64,000 nucleotides of DNA. Origin: a bacterium. Lineage in GTDB: Bacteria; Patescibacteriota; Microgenomatia; UBA8517. A program made the position numbers and the translations under genes. The stretch's first letter is position 1; every line of letters starts with the position of its first letter. Positions 27,643-37,699 of this stretch are shown here, piece after piece. Under the pieces are notes generated by a model, which was not told the DNA's origin, made no database searches, and saw nothing but the letters and a program-made list of their open reading frames with translations. The stretch lies in contig JAKAJP010000022.1 of NCBI GenBank assembly GCA_021824915.1, forward strand, positions 23,832 to 87,831, read 5' to 3'.

Positions 27643-29279
27643 TAACGATTATCTAATATATCAAATGCCGGTTTACCATCAAGAAAATTTATGCTCTCAA
27701 TTTTTCTCCAACTCACTGGATAATTGCCGGGCGATGTAATCAATAAACACTTAATTTTATTGCAGTCTATTTTAACTTTGCTTTCCGTAATTAAATCCCG
27801 CACTTGCCAATCGTTTACAAACCAAAGTTTATCAAAATGATCAACCCACCACCAATTAGATTGATAAAAAGCAATTTTATCCCGATCCGACTGATATTTA
27901 GCAGGATCATATTTTAAGAAAAACAAAAAATATTCATGCGGTTCGCCGTATTTTTTGGTGACAATTATTTTGTCATAATCCTCATAATGTGCTTTTACAT
28001 AAGTCACAACCTGGTCATATCCATATTGCCAGCTCCACGAATAGGTTGTCCGGTAGGTTGTAAAATAATTAACTAAATAGCTTTCCATAAAAAAGTAATA
28101 TAAACCAAAATAAAGAATTAAAATAATGCCGACAAAATTTTTATTAACTTTCTCCAACACCCAATAAAAGGCGAGAGCGATTAATATATCCGGAACGGGA
28201 AGCATTGTTGTGGCACGGACTACAGCATAACTTTCGTTAGTCAAACTTGCAGGAATTGGCGCGAGAATTAACCATAACACAAGAAACCTAAAATTTCGAT
28301 CATGGAGTGATTTAATTATCAATAAAACTATACCAAGGTAAAAAAATGGCAAACCGGCGAGGTTAATTAATCCAAAGCTTGGAATACTAAATTGGTACTG
28401 GGTGCCTCCATTCAAAAACAAAAATTGAGGAGAAAAATAACCAATGTAATTTTTGAGAAACCGGCCAGCAAAATAAACCGGACGGTTATAGATTATCCTC
28501 TTAAGCGGTTCCGGCAATTTTGAAGAAGTGCGCAGGCTTTCAATCTTATTAATAGCCGCCTGATCAATAATAAATAAGACGTTTCCCCGCGCCGTAGCAT
28601 TAGGACTTACCAAAATATAAGCCGACAGGGCTATAAATAAAGCCACAAAAACATAGATCAACTTGCTTCTGACCTCATTCCTAAAAATCAAAAATGTACC
28701 GAGTAGAAATAGCGGCGAGAAAATTCTCGTTGTGTGATACGAAAATAACGTTAATGTTAGGAGAAGTAGCGAAAGCGGGAATAAAAACCTTTTTTTGTCA
28801 CGATTTACAAAACATGCGGCCGTGGTTATCAGTAAAAAAACCGACAAGTTAGATTGCAAAACAAATCTTGAAGTAAAGACGTACCAAGATCCGGTTGCAG
28901 TCAAAAATGCGGTCAGAAGACTAATATTACGCTTTTTGCTTAATCCAAATGTCAAAAAATACACCGACACTATCGTCAAGACGCCCATAATGGCGTGAGG
29001 AAAACGGATTGCAAAATCCGATAGACCAAAAAGAGAGATAAATGGGATGGTTAAATATAAATTTAATGCCGTAGGGTAATCTCCATAAGCCCTAAAATTA
29101 AAGATTGGGAACTTCATACCCCACTGATCCATACCGGTTTTGAGTATCGAGTAGGCGTTATACCCATGGCTTATTTCATCCCAATTAAGTGAGGGCGGAG
29201 TATAAGTCAGATAGGCAAGCCTCAAGGCCGCACCCAAGATCACAATCAAAAATAAATATATTAGACTTTTTCTCTCCAT
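27642..29279 (-). CDS. GT-C fold glycosyltransferase, PMT/ArnT (GT39)-like paralog, 545 aa
   Basis: 'NWDEISHGYNAYSILKTGMDQWG', C-terminal 'EPHEYFLFFLKYDPAKYQ'. 1-bp TAATG overlap with the downstream paralog. Confidence 0.65.
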   Translation of the reverse strand: MERKSLIYLFLIVILGAALRLAYLTYTPPSLNWDEISHGYNAYSILKTGMDQWGMKFPIFNFRAYGDYPTALNLYLTIPFISLFGLSDFAIRFPHAIMGVLTIVSVYFLTFGLSKKRNISLLTAFLTATGSWYVFTSRFVLQSNLSVFLLITTAACFVNRDKKRFLFPLSLLLLTLTLFSYHTTRIFSPLFLLGTFLIFRNEVRSKLIYVFVALFIALSAYILVSPNATARGNVLFIIDQAAINKIESLRTSSKLPEPLKRIIYNRPVYFAGRFLKNYIGYFSPQFLFLNGGTQYQFSIPSFGLINLAGLPFFYLGIVLLIIKSLHDRNFRFLVLWLILAPIPASLTNESYAVVRATTMLPVPDILIALAFYWVLEKVNKNFVGIILILYFGLYYFFMESYLVNYFTTYRTTYSWSWQYGYDQVVTYVKAHYEDYDKIIVTKKYGEPHEYFLFFLKYDPAKYQSDRDKIAFYQSNWWWVDHFDKLWFVNDWQVRDLITESKVKIDCNKIKCLLITSPGNYPVSWRKIESINFLDGKPAFDILDNR

Positions 29280-30724
29280 GTTTTTAGGGAAAGGATTAAA
29301 AATCCCAAAATCGAAACTAAACTAATTATATTTCCCGTTTTTCTGACCGGGGTGTCGGTAAATCTAACCCCAACCGAAGAAATCAACCCGTTAACCGGGG
29401 TAGCGCCCACCCACCCCGGAAAATAATTTATGGACTTGCCATCTGACGGGGTGTTGGGAATTTTGTGCCCGAAACTGGGCCAATAATCACTTATGGAAGC
29501 TGCCCTCTGACGCACCCACTCCGCACCAGTCAGGAAGTAAGAATCATTGACACTATACCAGATATCTTCCCTAAAAAAGGTGAAATTGAGGAAAAAGGTA
29601 GACAAAATAATAATGATTGTTACAAGAATTTTTTGCCTCACAAACAATCTTACGACAATTCCGGAGGCCAGAGCGAAACAAAAAGTGGCTAGACCCAAAA
29701 ACCGCCACGGAAATTGAATATAGGCCATAGCGGGAGTTAAATTCCAAATAAATGTTGACTTGTTATGTGTCAAAAAGAGATAAAAGCAACCAATCAGAAA
29801 CAAAATTATAAACTCCCATTCGCGCGCTATCTTCCTTCTAACCAATAAAAACAGACCAATAAGAAAAGGTAATATCCATTGAATTTGACCCACCGAAAGA
29901 CTTAAGCCATCATTTGGTCCCCAAGTTGAACCCCCATATCCCCAAAACCTGGAAACGAAAAGCTGATAAAGTGTGACAAAATGCGCTCGGTAATCAAAAT
30001 AACCGGTTATCGTACTCTGTAAATCAACAAATTTTGATTCAAAAGCCACTGGTAGTATATAAAAACTTGAAAGGAGCCCTGCAACAATAAAACCCATCGC
30101 CGACTTCCACCACCGGCGATAAATTATCCAAATAGCTAGTAGAGGCAAAAACATTACAAGAGATAAATTGTGAGTAATAACTAAAATTGCGGTCAGAATA
30201 GAAAAGTAAAAAATGTTTTTCTTTTCGATGGCGAGAATAATCAAAGGAAAAAGGATAAAGGAAAACGCCTCGGGCAAAGCCCCTCTAACCCAAACATCGA
30301 CAGCCCTGTAAGGTGCATATACATATAGTATCGCCGAAACGGTCGCCGCGAAATCACTTTTCCAGATTTCCCTTGCTAAAAAGAACATGGCAACTCCCGA
30401 TCCAAGAAGCGAAATAATAAATAAAATCTTGACTGAATCGATAATATTGAATCCGACCAGGTGAAAAATTTCACCAACCCCGTACACAAACTGTCCGTAG
30501 AAATTGAAAATCGGCTCACCATAACCCAACCCCGCATCCGGCGCCCAACGGCATGGAATCTGCCAAGCTTTTATACATTTATCAAATTCAAACTGCCTAA
30601 AGATGTGAAAATCTTGAGTAGAAAAGATTCCTGGCCGGAGCATTCTATAAAAAGTGGGGACTATCAAGATGAGTAATAAAATCAATATTGAATTTTTCTT
30701 GAGTAGATTAATTGGTTGACGCAT
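29261..30724 (-). CDS. membrane protein of the PF10131 '6-pyruvoyl-tetrahydropterin-synthase-related' family (GT-C-like)
   Basis: 'STQDFHIFRQFEFDKCIKAWQIPCRWAPDAGLGYGEPIFNFYGQFVY' matches the conserved N-terminal block of PF10131 proteins. Paralog of 49807..51534. Confidence 0.55.
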   Translation of the reverse strand: MRQPINLLKKNSILILLLILIVPTFYRMLRPGIFSTQDFHIFRQFEFDKCIKAWQIPCRWAPDAGLGYGEPIFNFYGQFVYGVGEIFHLVGFNIIDSVKILFIISLLGSGVAMFFLAREIWKSDFAATVSAILYVYAPYRAVDVWVRGALPEAFSFILFPLIILAIEKKNIFYFSILTAILVITHNLSLVMFLPLLAIWIIYRRWWKSAMGFIVAGLLSSFYILPVAFESKFVDLQSTITGYFDYRAHFVTLYQLFVSRFWGYGGSTWGPNDGLSLSVGQIQWILPFLIGLFLLVRRKIAREWEFIILFLIGCFYLFLTHNKSTFIWNLTPAMAYIQFPWRFLGLATFCFALASGIVVRLFVRQKILVTIIIILSTFFLNFTFFREDIWYSVNDSYFLTGAEWVRQRAASISDYWPSFGHKIPNTPSDGKSINYFPGWVGATPVNGLISSVGVRFTDTPVRKTGNIISLVSILGFLILSLKTWREKV

Positions 30725-32363
30725 ATTGTTTTAATGATGTATCAAGAACTTCTATGGATTTTCTTCCGTCAGGAAAATAAAAAATTTTCACCGGAGTTTG
30801 ACCAGGTAAGAACTCCTCCGGCAGACCGACGACTAATGTGTTGGGTATCTTTATATCCGTTTTCAAATCTATATTCTTAAACGTATATTTTCCGAGCGAA
30901 TATACCGGAATCTGATCTACCCACGTTTCAACTTTCCAATCCCGCGTGGCATTTTGATAATTCCCCGGGTCCCATTTATTTGCAAAGGCCACATAAATCT
31001 GCGGCTCACTAAGCTTCCGGCTAATTATCACATTTTTACCGTCAGAATTTTGATAAAGCCAAGCGGCCACTTCTATATTTCCACTTAACATTCCGGGGGC
31101 GGCAACTAACGGAGAACTAGTGAAATAAACTCTAAAAACATGCTGGATTTGAAAAATGACAAAAAGAGCAAACACGAAACTAGCCAGAGAAATTACTTTT
31201 TTATCAAATCGCGATAGCAAAACTCCTAAACCATACACCCCAAACACTTCAAGGATCTGGAGAACAGGAACCATCGCCTCTGCCCTATTTGCTGAAAAGC
31301 CCACTCCTGTCGCAAGTGCGGCTGGGATAGGAGCAACAAAAAGCCAAACCAAAAAAATCAAAACAATCTTTCTTGTCCTTTTGTCAAAAACGGCAGGAAT
31401 TAATCCCAAAAGCAAAATGCCCTCAAAAATATATAAAACTCCGACTCCGGGGATCATACCGTAAGTTGTTTCCGCCGCGCCTCGAGTAAATAAAAACCTA
31501 AATGAAAAGTACTGAAGGTAATTGGTAACAAACCTTTGAGCGACAACCTGATATTTATTGTGCAAAAGCTTTGCAAAAGTAGGATTTGTACCTTTCTGAA
31601 TCAACTCAATTTTGGCTTTGGCCCCCTCCTCAAGCGCTCCTTGGAAAATAATACGTTCATTAATACGCCCGGCACCACCGACAACTTGGGAATAGGCAAA
31701 CATCGCAATGAAGAGAAGTAAAATTAAAAGAGGGAACATTAGCTTTCTGATATCAATCCTTTGTAATTGTCTCCAGAAGATGGCAACAAGACCAAAAACG
31801 ACAATGGGAGTGATTAGTTTCGCCGAGTGATAAGTAAACAGGGTTAAACCAAAAACTAATGCAGAGAGGTTATATTTTTTCTTTAAGAAAAGATAAATTC
31901 CGAGCGGAATAAAAAGTGTAACCAAGTTCGCCTCAAACGCGCCCCTGCTCATCATCACTGTCCAGGAATTTATAGAAACTAAAAATGCCCCCATAATTGC
32001 ATATCTCCACGATCCTTTGATTCCTAAACTTGTAAACACTTCTTTGATAAGTAGATAAACAACATAAACGGCCAGAGCTCCGACAATTGCGTTGGGTATC
32101 CTGACCGCAAATACATTCAAACCAAAGATTGCTACCGACGGAATCGTTAAATAAGCATAAAGTGGAGATTTGTAATCGCCAAACGACTTTAGGGTGGTAG
32201 GTAAAAAGTTTCCCCACTGGTCGCGACCTGTATGTAAAATTGAGTAGGCGTCATAGCCAAAGGAGGCTTCGTCAGGGGTAAAACCCACCGGAACTTTATC
32301 AATCCATAAAACCCGAAGAAGAAAACCAAGGAGTAAAATCGCGGGCAAGATAAACCGCTTCAT
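30708..32363 (-). CDS. GT-C fold glycosyltransferase, PMT/ArnT (GT39)-like paralog
   Basis: 'TPDEASFGYDAYSILHTGRDQWG', C-terminal 'EPQIYVAFANKWDPGNYQ'. Start set at MKRFILP (Met34), which abuts the upstream stop at 32371. Confidence 0.6.
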   Translation of the reverse strand: MKRFILPAILLLGFLLRVLWIDKVPVGFTPDEASFGYDAYSILHTGRDQWGNFLPTTLKSFGDYKSPLYAYLTIPSVAIFGLNVFAVRIPNAIVGALAVYVVYLLIKEVFTSLGIKGSWRYAIMGAFLVSINSWTVMMSRGAFEANLVTLFIPLGIYLFLKKKYNLSALVFGLTLFTYHSAKLITPIVVFGLVAIFWRQLQRIDIRKLMFPLLILLLFIAMFAYSQVVGGAGRINERIIFQGALEEGAKAKIELIQKGTNPTFAKLLHNKYQVVAQRFVTNYLQYFSFRFLFTRGAAETTYGMIPGVGVLYIFEGILLLGLIPAVFDKRTRKIVLIFLVWLFVAPIPAALATGVGFSANRAEAMVPVLQILEVFGVYGLGVLLSRFDKKVISLASFVFALFVIFQIQHVFRVYFTSSPLVAAPGMLSGNIEVAAWLYQNSDGKNVIISRKLSEPQIYVAFANKWDPGNYQNATRDWKVETWVDQIPVYSLGKYTFKNIDLKTDIKIPNTLVVGLPEEFLPGQTPVKIFYFPDGRKSIEVLDTSLKQYASTN

Positions 32364-32370
32364 AGCTAAA

Positions 32371-33657
32371 TTATATCTTTCCCGCTCTCGTTTGTCGAAG
32401 AAATCTAATATAAAGAAAGATAAAAAGAAGCAAATTGATCGCACCCAAAACCCTTGGAACAATCCTACCGTCTCCAGACATGAAAGCTACAAGTGAAGGA
32501 ATAAGAGGCATCCACCAAAAGTTATACATATTAAGAAGGCTTATTATGCTTACCGCAGTGTAATTAGCAACCAACTCAATTTGCGTAGCTACCAAGATGG
32601 TAAAGTATGGGAAAACAGGATAAAGATATCTTTCATGCATATTAGTTAAAAGCATAAACGAGGCAAAAGCAGTTATCGCAAGACTCCAGACAGCCGTCTT
32701 AAAATCCTGTTTTCTGTAAACAAAAACCAGAACAGGAGCAAAGAAAAACAAAAACAATATATAACTCCAATATTGGAAAGTTAAACCTAGGAATGGTAAC
32801 GTCTGAGGTTGTTCACTTATACCAGTGAGCGCTGCCCAAAGGTTAAACGCATTTGCCGTTATTATCTGAAGCTGGTTAGTGAAAACCTTATCCTTATAAA
32901 GATTGAGTAACCAGACAAATGGCTCCCCGTTAGAAAAAGGTAGAGTTATTAAACCAATAACAAACAGCGTCGACACGATCGCGATCAGCCATTTTTTTAG
33001 ATTATATTTTTGCCTTAAGGCAATTACGGCGAAAATCGGTAAGAAAATCAAAAGCGAAGCTTTAATATAAAGAGAAATGGAAATTGCTAAGATCGCGGGC
33101 ATTAACTCCCTTTTTAGTAAAAAGTAAAAGGCAAGGAGCGCCAGAAAATTTATTACCGAATCATATTGTCCCCAGATCGTCGAATTATACCAGGTAGCCG
33201 GGTTAATCAAAAAAACTATTGCCCCGATGGTTGCAACTTTTTCGCTCACCTTAAGTTCCTTAAAAATAATTTTGTAAATAACATAAGCTATCCCTAGGTC
33301 AGATAAAATTCCAGGGAGTTTGGTCAGTGCCGGATATAAGCTCTGTTCAAAATACAAAAGAAACGATCCCGGGAACACTTTCAGATCAAAATGGAGATAG
33401 CTGAAAAAAGCAAATAACACCTCATAAAGTTTACGGACTGCCGCGAACATATACATAGTTCCCGGCGGCTGATTTGGCCAAGTAAAACTCCAAACATTAC
33501 TTTCGGGGGCGTAAAACTTGGCGGGTCCATATTGCCAAAATCTTATTCCCCAATCAATATGATTATTTACATCCGGGTGCCAAACCAAAAACGAGACAAC
33601 AAGCTTTAATATAAAAGCAAAAAATAAAACTTTAAAAATCGGTTTTATTTTATTCAT
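32371..33657 (-). CDS. GT-C fold membrane glycosyltransferase, ALG6/ALG8 (GT57)-like or GT87/DUF2029-like
   Basis: N-terminal 'HPDVNNHIDWGIRFWQYGPAKFY…WPNQPPGTMYMF' resembles the D-x-x-H-R-x-W…W…LDYPP block of ALG6/ALG8. About 11 TM helices; 428 aa. Confidence 0.4.
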   Translation of the reverse strand: MNKIKPIFKVLFFAFILKLVVSFLVWHPDVNNHIDWGIRFWQYGPAKFYAPESNVWSFTWPNQPPGTMYMFAAVRKLYEVLFAFFSYLHFDLKVFPGSFLLYFEQSLYPALTKLPGILSDLGIAYVIYKIIFKELKVSEKVATIGAIVFLINPATWYNSTIWGQYDSVINFLALLAFYFLLKRELMPAILAISISLYIKASLLIFLPIFAVIALRQKYNLKKWLIAIVSTLFVIGLITLPFSNGEPFVWLLNLYKDKVFTNQLQIITANAFNLWAALTGISEQPQTLPFLGLTFQYWSYILFLFFFAPVLVFVYRKQDFKTAVWSLAITAFASFMLLTNMHERYLYPVFPYFTILVATQIELVANYTAVSIISLLNMYNFWWMPLIPSLVAFMSGDGRIVPRVLGAINLLLFIFLYIRFLRQTRAGKI

Positions 33658-35408
33658 TTCACACCGGTGAAAAGGTAAAAGGCTGGCTCCCCAGAAGGAT
33701 AAGCAATTGTTTTAATAAGTTTAATGTCTTGTGGAGTTCTTTCAGGTTCCATTATTAAATTTATATTTACCTCCTTAGCATCTGCCAAATACAACGTCTT
33801 TGAGTTAATTTCTTTTCCCCAATCATATAGTCCACCACTAAATGAACCAAAGTAGAACTTATCTATATGTGAAACTTTACCTAAGCCAGGTATATTAACA
33901 TCATTACCTATGGGAAAATTTTTCTGCCATGCTTCCGGAGGGTATTCATACCAAGCGGCAAAAAAGACCCACGGAGGTTCGTTTGCTGTAGAAATAACTA
34001 CCTTGTCATAATTTTTATCGATTTGCTTAACGGATTGTATTGCTTCTTTGTATCCTGCGTGCCACCAGCGCTCACTATTCCACGGATAATGAACGTAGTA
34101 CTCATGGATATATAGCGAAAAGCTAACGGTATATAGAGAGGCAAGAAAAACAAAAAACAAAACTTTATATTTGCTTGATATCTTATTAAAGATTCCTACC
34201 CAGCCGAAAGCAATCAAAAAGATTAGAGGTGGAAGAATAAGTATCAAGCGGGTTGCATGATTTCCTCCGTCTCGGGTTAAAGCCGCCGGAACAACTCCGA
34301 ACAAAATCCAGAGAGCCAACAATATCTTTATCTTTGTGTTCCTGGATTTTTCCGAAAAGAAAAATATGATCCCAAATATCAACGCAATTATCTCTACCCT
34401 GTAAAATTCACCCATTCCGATTGACTGGCGCAAATTTGGATCGCCCTTAACAAAAAGAAAGTTTGTTGAAAAGGCTGAAAGATAATTTTGGATAATTACA
34501 TTTCCGGCAAAAGTAAACTTATTATGTATCACCCTGTCAAAAATTTTTGGAGATAGACCGGTTCCCTTTTCGCCACGCATTCTTGCATCGGTCTCCCGGG
34601 CGTTCCCGACTTCGGTTTCAATCGTCGGATCTGAAAAAACACTTATGTAGTTAAACCTTTGTGTGCCTCCTCCAAAAAGGGTACTATAAGCGATCGGGAC
34701 GCCAACAATTAAACCCACGACTATAGAAGTAATCAGACTGGATTTTCGCATCGAAATTATCTCATTTTTGAATAAAACAAAAAGGGTCACAAGAAAAATT
34801 GGGGTAAAAAGTTTAGCAGTTGAATATACCCACGGCATTAAAACAAAAGAAATAACGCTCATCCAAAGCCATTTGTCATTTTTAAGAGACTTGAAAAATA
34901 ACCACAAACCCATGAGAAGCAGAAATATCATTTGAGTTGCCTCAAATCCGGCGCGTGAGTATTGTAAACTCCAGGGGTTAATTGCCATCAGGAATGCGGC
35001 GAGAAGAGATCGGTAATGTTTTCCCGTTGGCGGCTCCTTAAAACTCAAGAACTCTTTAACAAAAAGATATGTCATCAATACCGACAAAATTCCAAAAATT
35101 GCAGCGGGGAGCCGCACGCCAAAAGGAGTAATTCCGAAAATAGCAACCGTGGGAACAGCAGAATATAAATAAAGTGGTGTTCTCCACTCGGCAAGGGAAT
35201 GAAAATGAATCGGAAACGCGTTTCCGTAATAGTCTTTACCCGTATGTAGAATCGAATATGCCTGATACCCCAGGTCTAATTCATCCCCAAAAAGCGAAAC
35301 AGGGTCAGCCGAAAGTTTGTAAAGCCTTAAAAAAGTCGCCAGAAGTATTATTAAAATCAAAATAAACTTTTGGTTAAAGATCTTCCTAAGCATTATTAAG
35401 TGTATCAC
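33654..35408 (-). CDS. GT-C fold glycosyltransferase, PMT/ArnT (GT39)-like paralog, 584 aa
   Basis: 'FGDELDLGYQAYSILHTGKDYYG', 'NPWSLQYSRAGFEAT', C-terminal 'EPPWVFFAAWYEYPPEAWQ'. Confidence 0.6.
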   Translation of the reverse strand: MIHLIMLRKIFNQKFILILIILLATFLRLYKLSADPVSLFGDELDLGYQAYSILHTGKDYYGNAFPIHFHSLAEWRTPLYLYSAVPTVAIFGITPFGVRLPAAIFGILSVLMTYLFVKEFLSFKEPPTGKHYRSLLAAFLMAINPWSLQYSRAGFEATQMIFLLLMGLWLFFKSLKNDKWLWMSVISFVLMPWVYSTAKLFTPIFLVTLFVLFKNEIISMRKSSLITSIVVGLIVGVPIAYSTLFGGGTQRFNYISVFSDPTIETEVGNARETDARMRGEKGTGLSPKIFDRVIHNKFTFAGNVIIQNYLSAFSTNFLFVKGDPNLRQSIGMGEFYRVEIIALIFGIIFFFSEKSRNTKIKILLALWILFGVVPAALTRDGGNHATRLILILPPLIFLIAFGWVGIFNKISSKYKVLFFVFLASLYTVSFSLYIHEYYVHYPWNSERWWHAGYKEAIQSVKQIDKNYDKVVISTANEPPWVFFAAWYEYPPEAWQKNFPIGNDVNIPGLGKVSHIDKFYFGSFSGGLYDWGKEINSKTLYLADAKEVNINLIMEPERTPQDIKLIKTIAYPSGEPAFYLFTGVK

Positions 35409-36892
35409 CTATTTCTCCAGTAAATAAAATAAGATTCTGTTCCATCCAACTCTCGTATTGTTTCAATAATGTCAAAACTACCAGAACCCACATTTTTTCG
35501 ATCAACCACTACAATGCTGTAAACCGGAAAATTAACAAAGTTTTCCTTATGGGAATCAAAATAGGAAACTGCGGGTGGATAAATACTTAGCTTCCGTTCA
35601 AAGAAATCAAAATAATATTTAGATTGGAAGATATTTTCATCGATATAAACTTTTTTGACCGGCCGGATTTTAGTACTCCTTAAAACCGATTCGAATGCCC
35701 CACCAATATTGTTATTAAAGACTGCACGGCTCCGGATACGATAGTTGCCAAAATAGTCAGTTATAAAAAAAGTAAAAAGTAAAACGTAAAAAGTAAAAAG
35801 TGTGTAGAACACAGGACGAAGCAATTTTTCTTTAGATTCCAAACAAAACCTAATTCCGTAAACCGATAATAGAATTGTAAACGGAATTACAACCAGCGCC
35901 CTTGAGATTCTACCCGGATCATTAATTATTGACGGAGCCAAAGGATATGTTAAAAACCCAAATAACAACAATTTCGAGAAACTAGTTTTCTCTTTGAGTG
36001 CGTATACAAATCCCAGAACTAAAAAGACAAATAACGGAAACAGGAATACGCCAACCCTACCAGTGGAGTGTATAAGAGTACGGTCCCCAGTATTAAACAA
36101 AATGCCGGGGTCAAAGTAAGTAATATAATTTTCCAGAAAATTGGATCCTAAATTTTTGTCTATGCTGGTCGCGTAACTTACTTGGTTCGATAAAGTATCA
36201 GGATGTTTAATTAACCAAGGAACAAAAATTATAATCGGGATTAAGAAACCAACGGTTAAAAGTAAACTTTTCTTTAACAACTTTTCCCTCTGTATCACGA
36301 TAATAGGTATTAACGTTGCTAGGAAATATAGAGGAAAGTAGATCTTTCCGGCATGATAACTATGGACTCCAAAACCCAACACCAAACCCGCCAAAAAATA
36401 ATTTTTTCTGAATAAAAAAATCAGCCACAAAAGAACGAAAAAGATCGGGTAAACATTATCGAGCATTAATCTCGAATTGATAAAAAAGGCCGGAGTGGTC
36501 AATAAAAGAATTCCTGAGATCGATGTCAGATATTTCTTTCCAAAAATCATGTGGGTTAGAAGCATTATTAGCCCTATATCGACAACACCCAACAAGGCCG
36601 TAGGAAATCTCACGCCGGCTTCATTAAAAGGTAAAAACTTCATTAAAAGACTGGACCAATAAACTATAACCGGCGTTGCCCAAAAATTATCCAAATGCCA
36701 AAAATAGAATGGCAGTTTATTACCATAAAAATCGCGTCCAATATCCGAAATCGATTTCGCATTTAATGCAAACATTGCTTCGTCTTGGTTAAGATGCACC
36801 GGAGAAAAAGAAAGTTTAAGTGTGAGTAAAACTAAACCTAAAAGAAGGGTTATGACGTATGGAAAAAGGTTTTTAAGAATTTTTGCCATTTT
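35405..36892 (-). CDS. GT-C fold glycosyltransferase, PMT/ArnT-like (divergent paralog)
   Basis: 'NQDEAMFALNAKSISDIGRDFYG' DE-loop and multiple TM helices. Start ambiguous: 36976, 36943-ish or 36892. All choices overlap the 3' end of the upstream GT2 gene. Confidence 0.5.
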   Translation of the reverse strand, partial: KMAKILKNLFPYVITLLLGLVLLTLKLSFSPVHLNQDEAMFALNAKSISDIGRDFYGNKLPFYFWHLDNFWATPVIVYWSSLLMKFLPFNEAGVRFPTALLGVVDIGLIMLLTHMIFGKKYLTSISGILLLTTPAFFINSRLMLDNVYPIFFVLLWLIFLFRKNYFLAGLVLGFGVHSYHAGKIYFPLYFLATLIPIIVIQREKLLKKSLLLTVGFLIPIIIFVPWLIKHPDTLSNQVSYATSIDKNLGSNFLENYITYFDPGILFNTGDRTLIHSTGRVGVFLFPLFVFLVLGFVYALKEKTSFSKLLLFGFLTYPLAPSIINDPGRISRALVVIPFTILLSVYGIRFCLESKEKLLRPVFYTLFTFYVLLFTFFITDYFGNYRIRSRAVFNNNIGGAFESVLRSTKIRPVKKVYIDENIFQSKYYFDFFERKLSIYPPAVSYFDSHKENFVNFPVYSIVVVDRKNVGSGSFDIIETIRELDGTESYFIYWRNR

Positions 36893-37698
36893 TGGCCAAG
36901 CCAAAGAATAAAAAACAAAACATAATGCCTCAGCCAACCATGGTATATCTTGCTGGAAGGGATAAGCTTTCTCCAACGGACCGCTTCGTCGCTGGCAAGT
37001 TTTTTGAATGTTGCACCATGATAATGCGTGATAACGGAGTCCGGCAGATAGTAAACTTTAAGCCCATTCCTCCATGTTTGACGACAATAATCTATATCTT
37101 CAAAATATGCAAAATAACGCTCATCCAACATTCCCACTCTTTTTAGAGCCAATGGCGTAATAAGAAAGGCAGCACCAACCAAGGAGTCCACGGTGACGGC
37201 CTTTTTTGTAATAGGCGCATATTTATCAAAAAGCCCTTTAGATCCCAACCAATATTCTTTTATGGCATTTGTGATTGTGGGAAAGTGAAAACATGAAGCT
37301 TGAAGAGATCCGTCAATGTTAAGTAGTTTTGACCCAATTACACCAGCATCCGGCGTAACTTTAGCGAATCTAATCAAGTTTTGCAATGCATCCTTATGAA
37401 CAATGGTGTCATTATTAAGCAGCATCACATACTTACCCTCAGCCTTTTTTATCCCCTGGTTATTTGCTTTTCCATAACCGGTATTAGATTTATTAAAGAT
37501 TAAGGTAAGTTTGTTCCTCCAAAAAGATTCCTTTTGCAATGATTTAAGAGCTTCGACCGAGCCATCGGTACTTCCATTGTCGGTTAAAAGGACTTCGTAG
37601 GATAGGCCCTTCCCCTCCTTCTGGATTGATCTCAAACAACCCAGAGTTAAATCTTTTGTGTTGAGATTTACAATAACAATTGATAATTGTGGCTTCAT
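36850..37698 (-). CDS. glycosyltransferase family 2
   Basis: 'LSIVIVNLNTKDLTLGCL', 'VLLTDNGSTDGS', 'MLLNNDTIV' (DxD-like). Start set at MKPQLSI, abutting the upstream stop at 37700. Confidence 0.7.
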   Translation of the reverse strand: MKPQLSIVIVNLNTKDLTLGCLRSIQKEGKGLSYEVLLTDNGSTDGSVEALKSLQKESFWRNKLTLIFNKSNTGYGKANNQGIKKAEGKYVMLLNNDTIVHKDALQNLIRFAKVTPDAGVIGSKLLNIDGSLQASCFHFPTITNAIKEYWLGSKGLFDKYAPITKKAVTVDSLVGAAFLITPLALKRVGMLDERYFAYFEDIDYCRQTWRNGLKVYYLPDSVITHYHGATFKKLASDEAVRWRKLIPSSKIYHGWLRHYVLFFILWLGQKWQKFLKTFFHTS

Positions 37699-37699
37699 A

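Noticed and set aside
35761-35800. Imperfect heptamer repeat (gtaaaaa)x5 on the plus strand
   Set aside because: It falls inside 35405..36976. On the coding strand it encodes a Phe/Tyr/Leu-rich TM helix (…VFYTLFTFYVLLFTFF…), so it is a codon-bias artefact and not a regulatory or CRISPR-like repeat.
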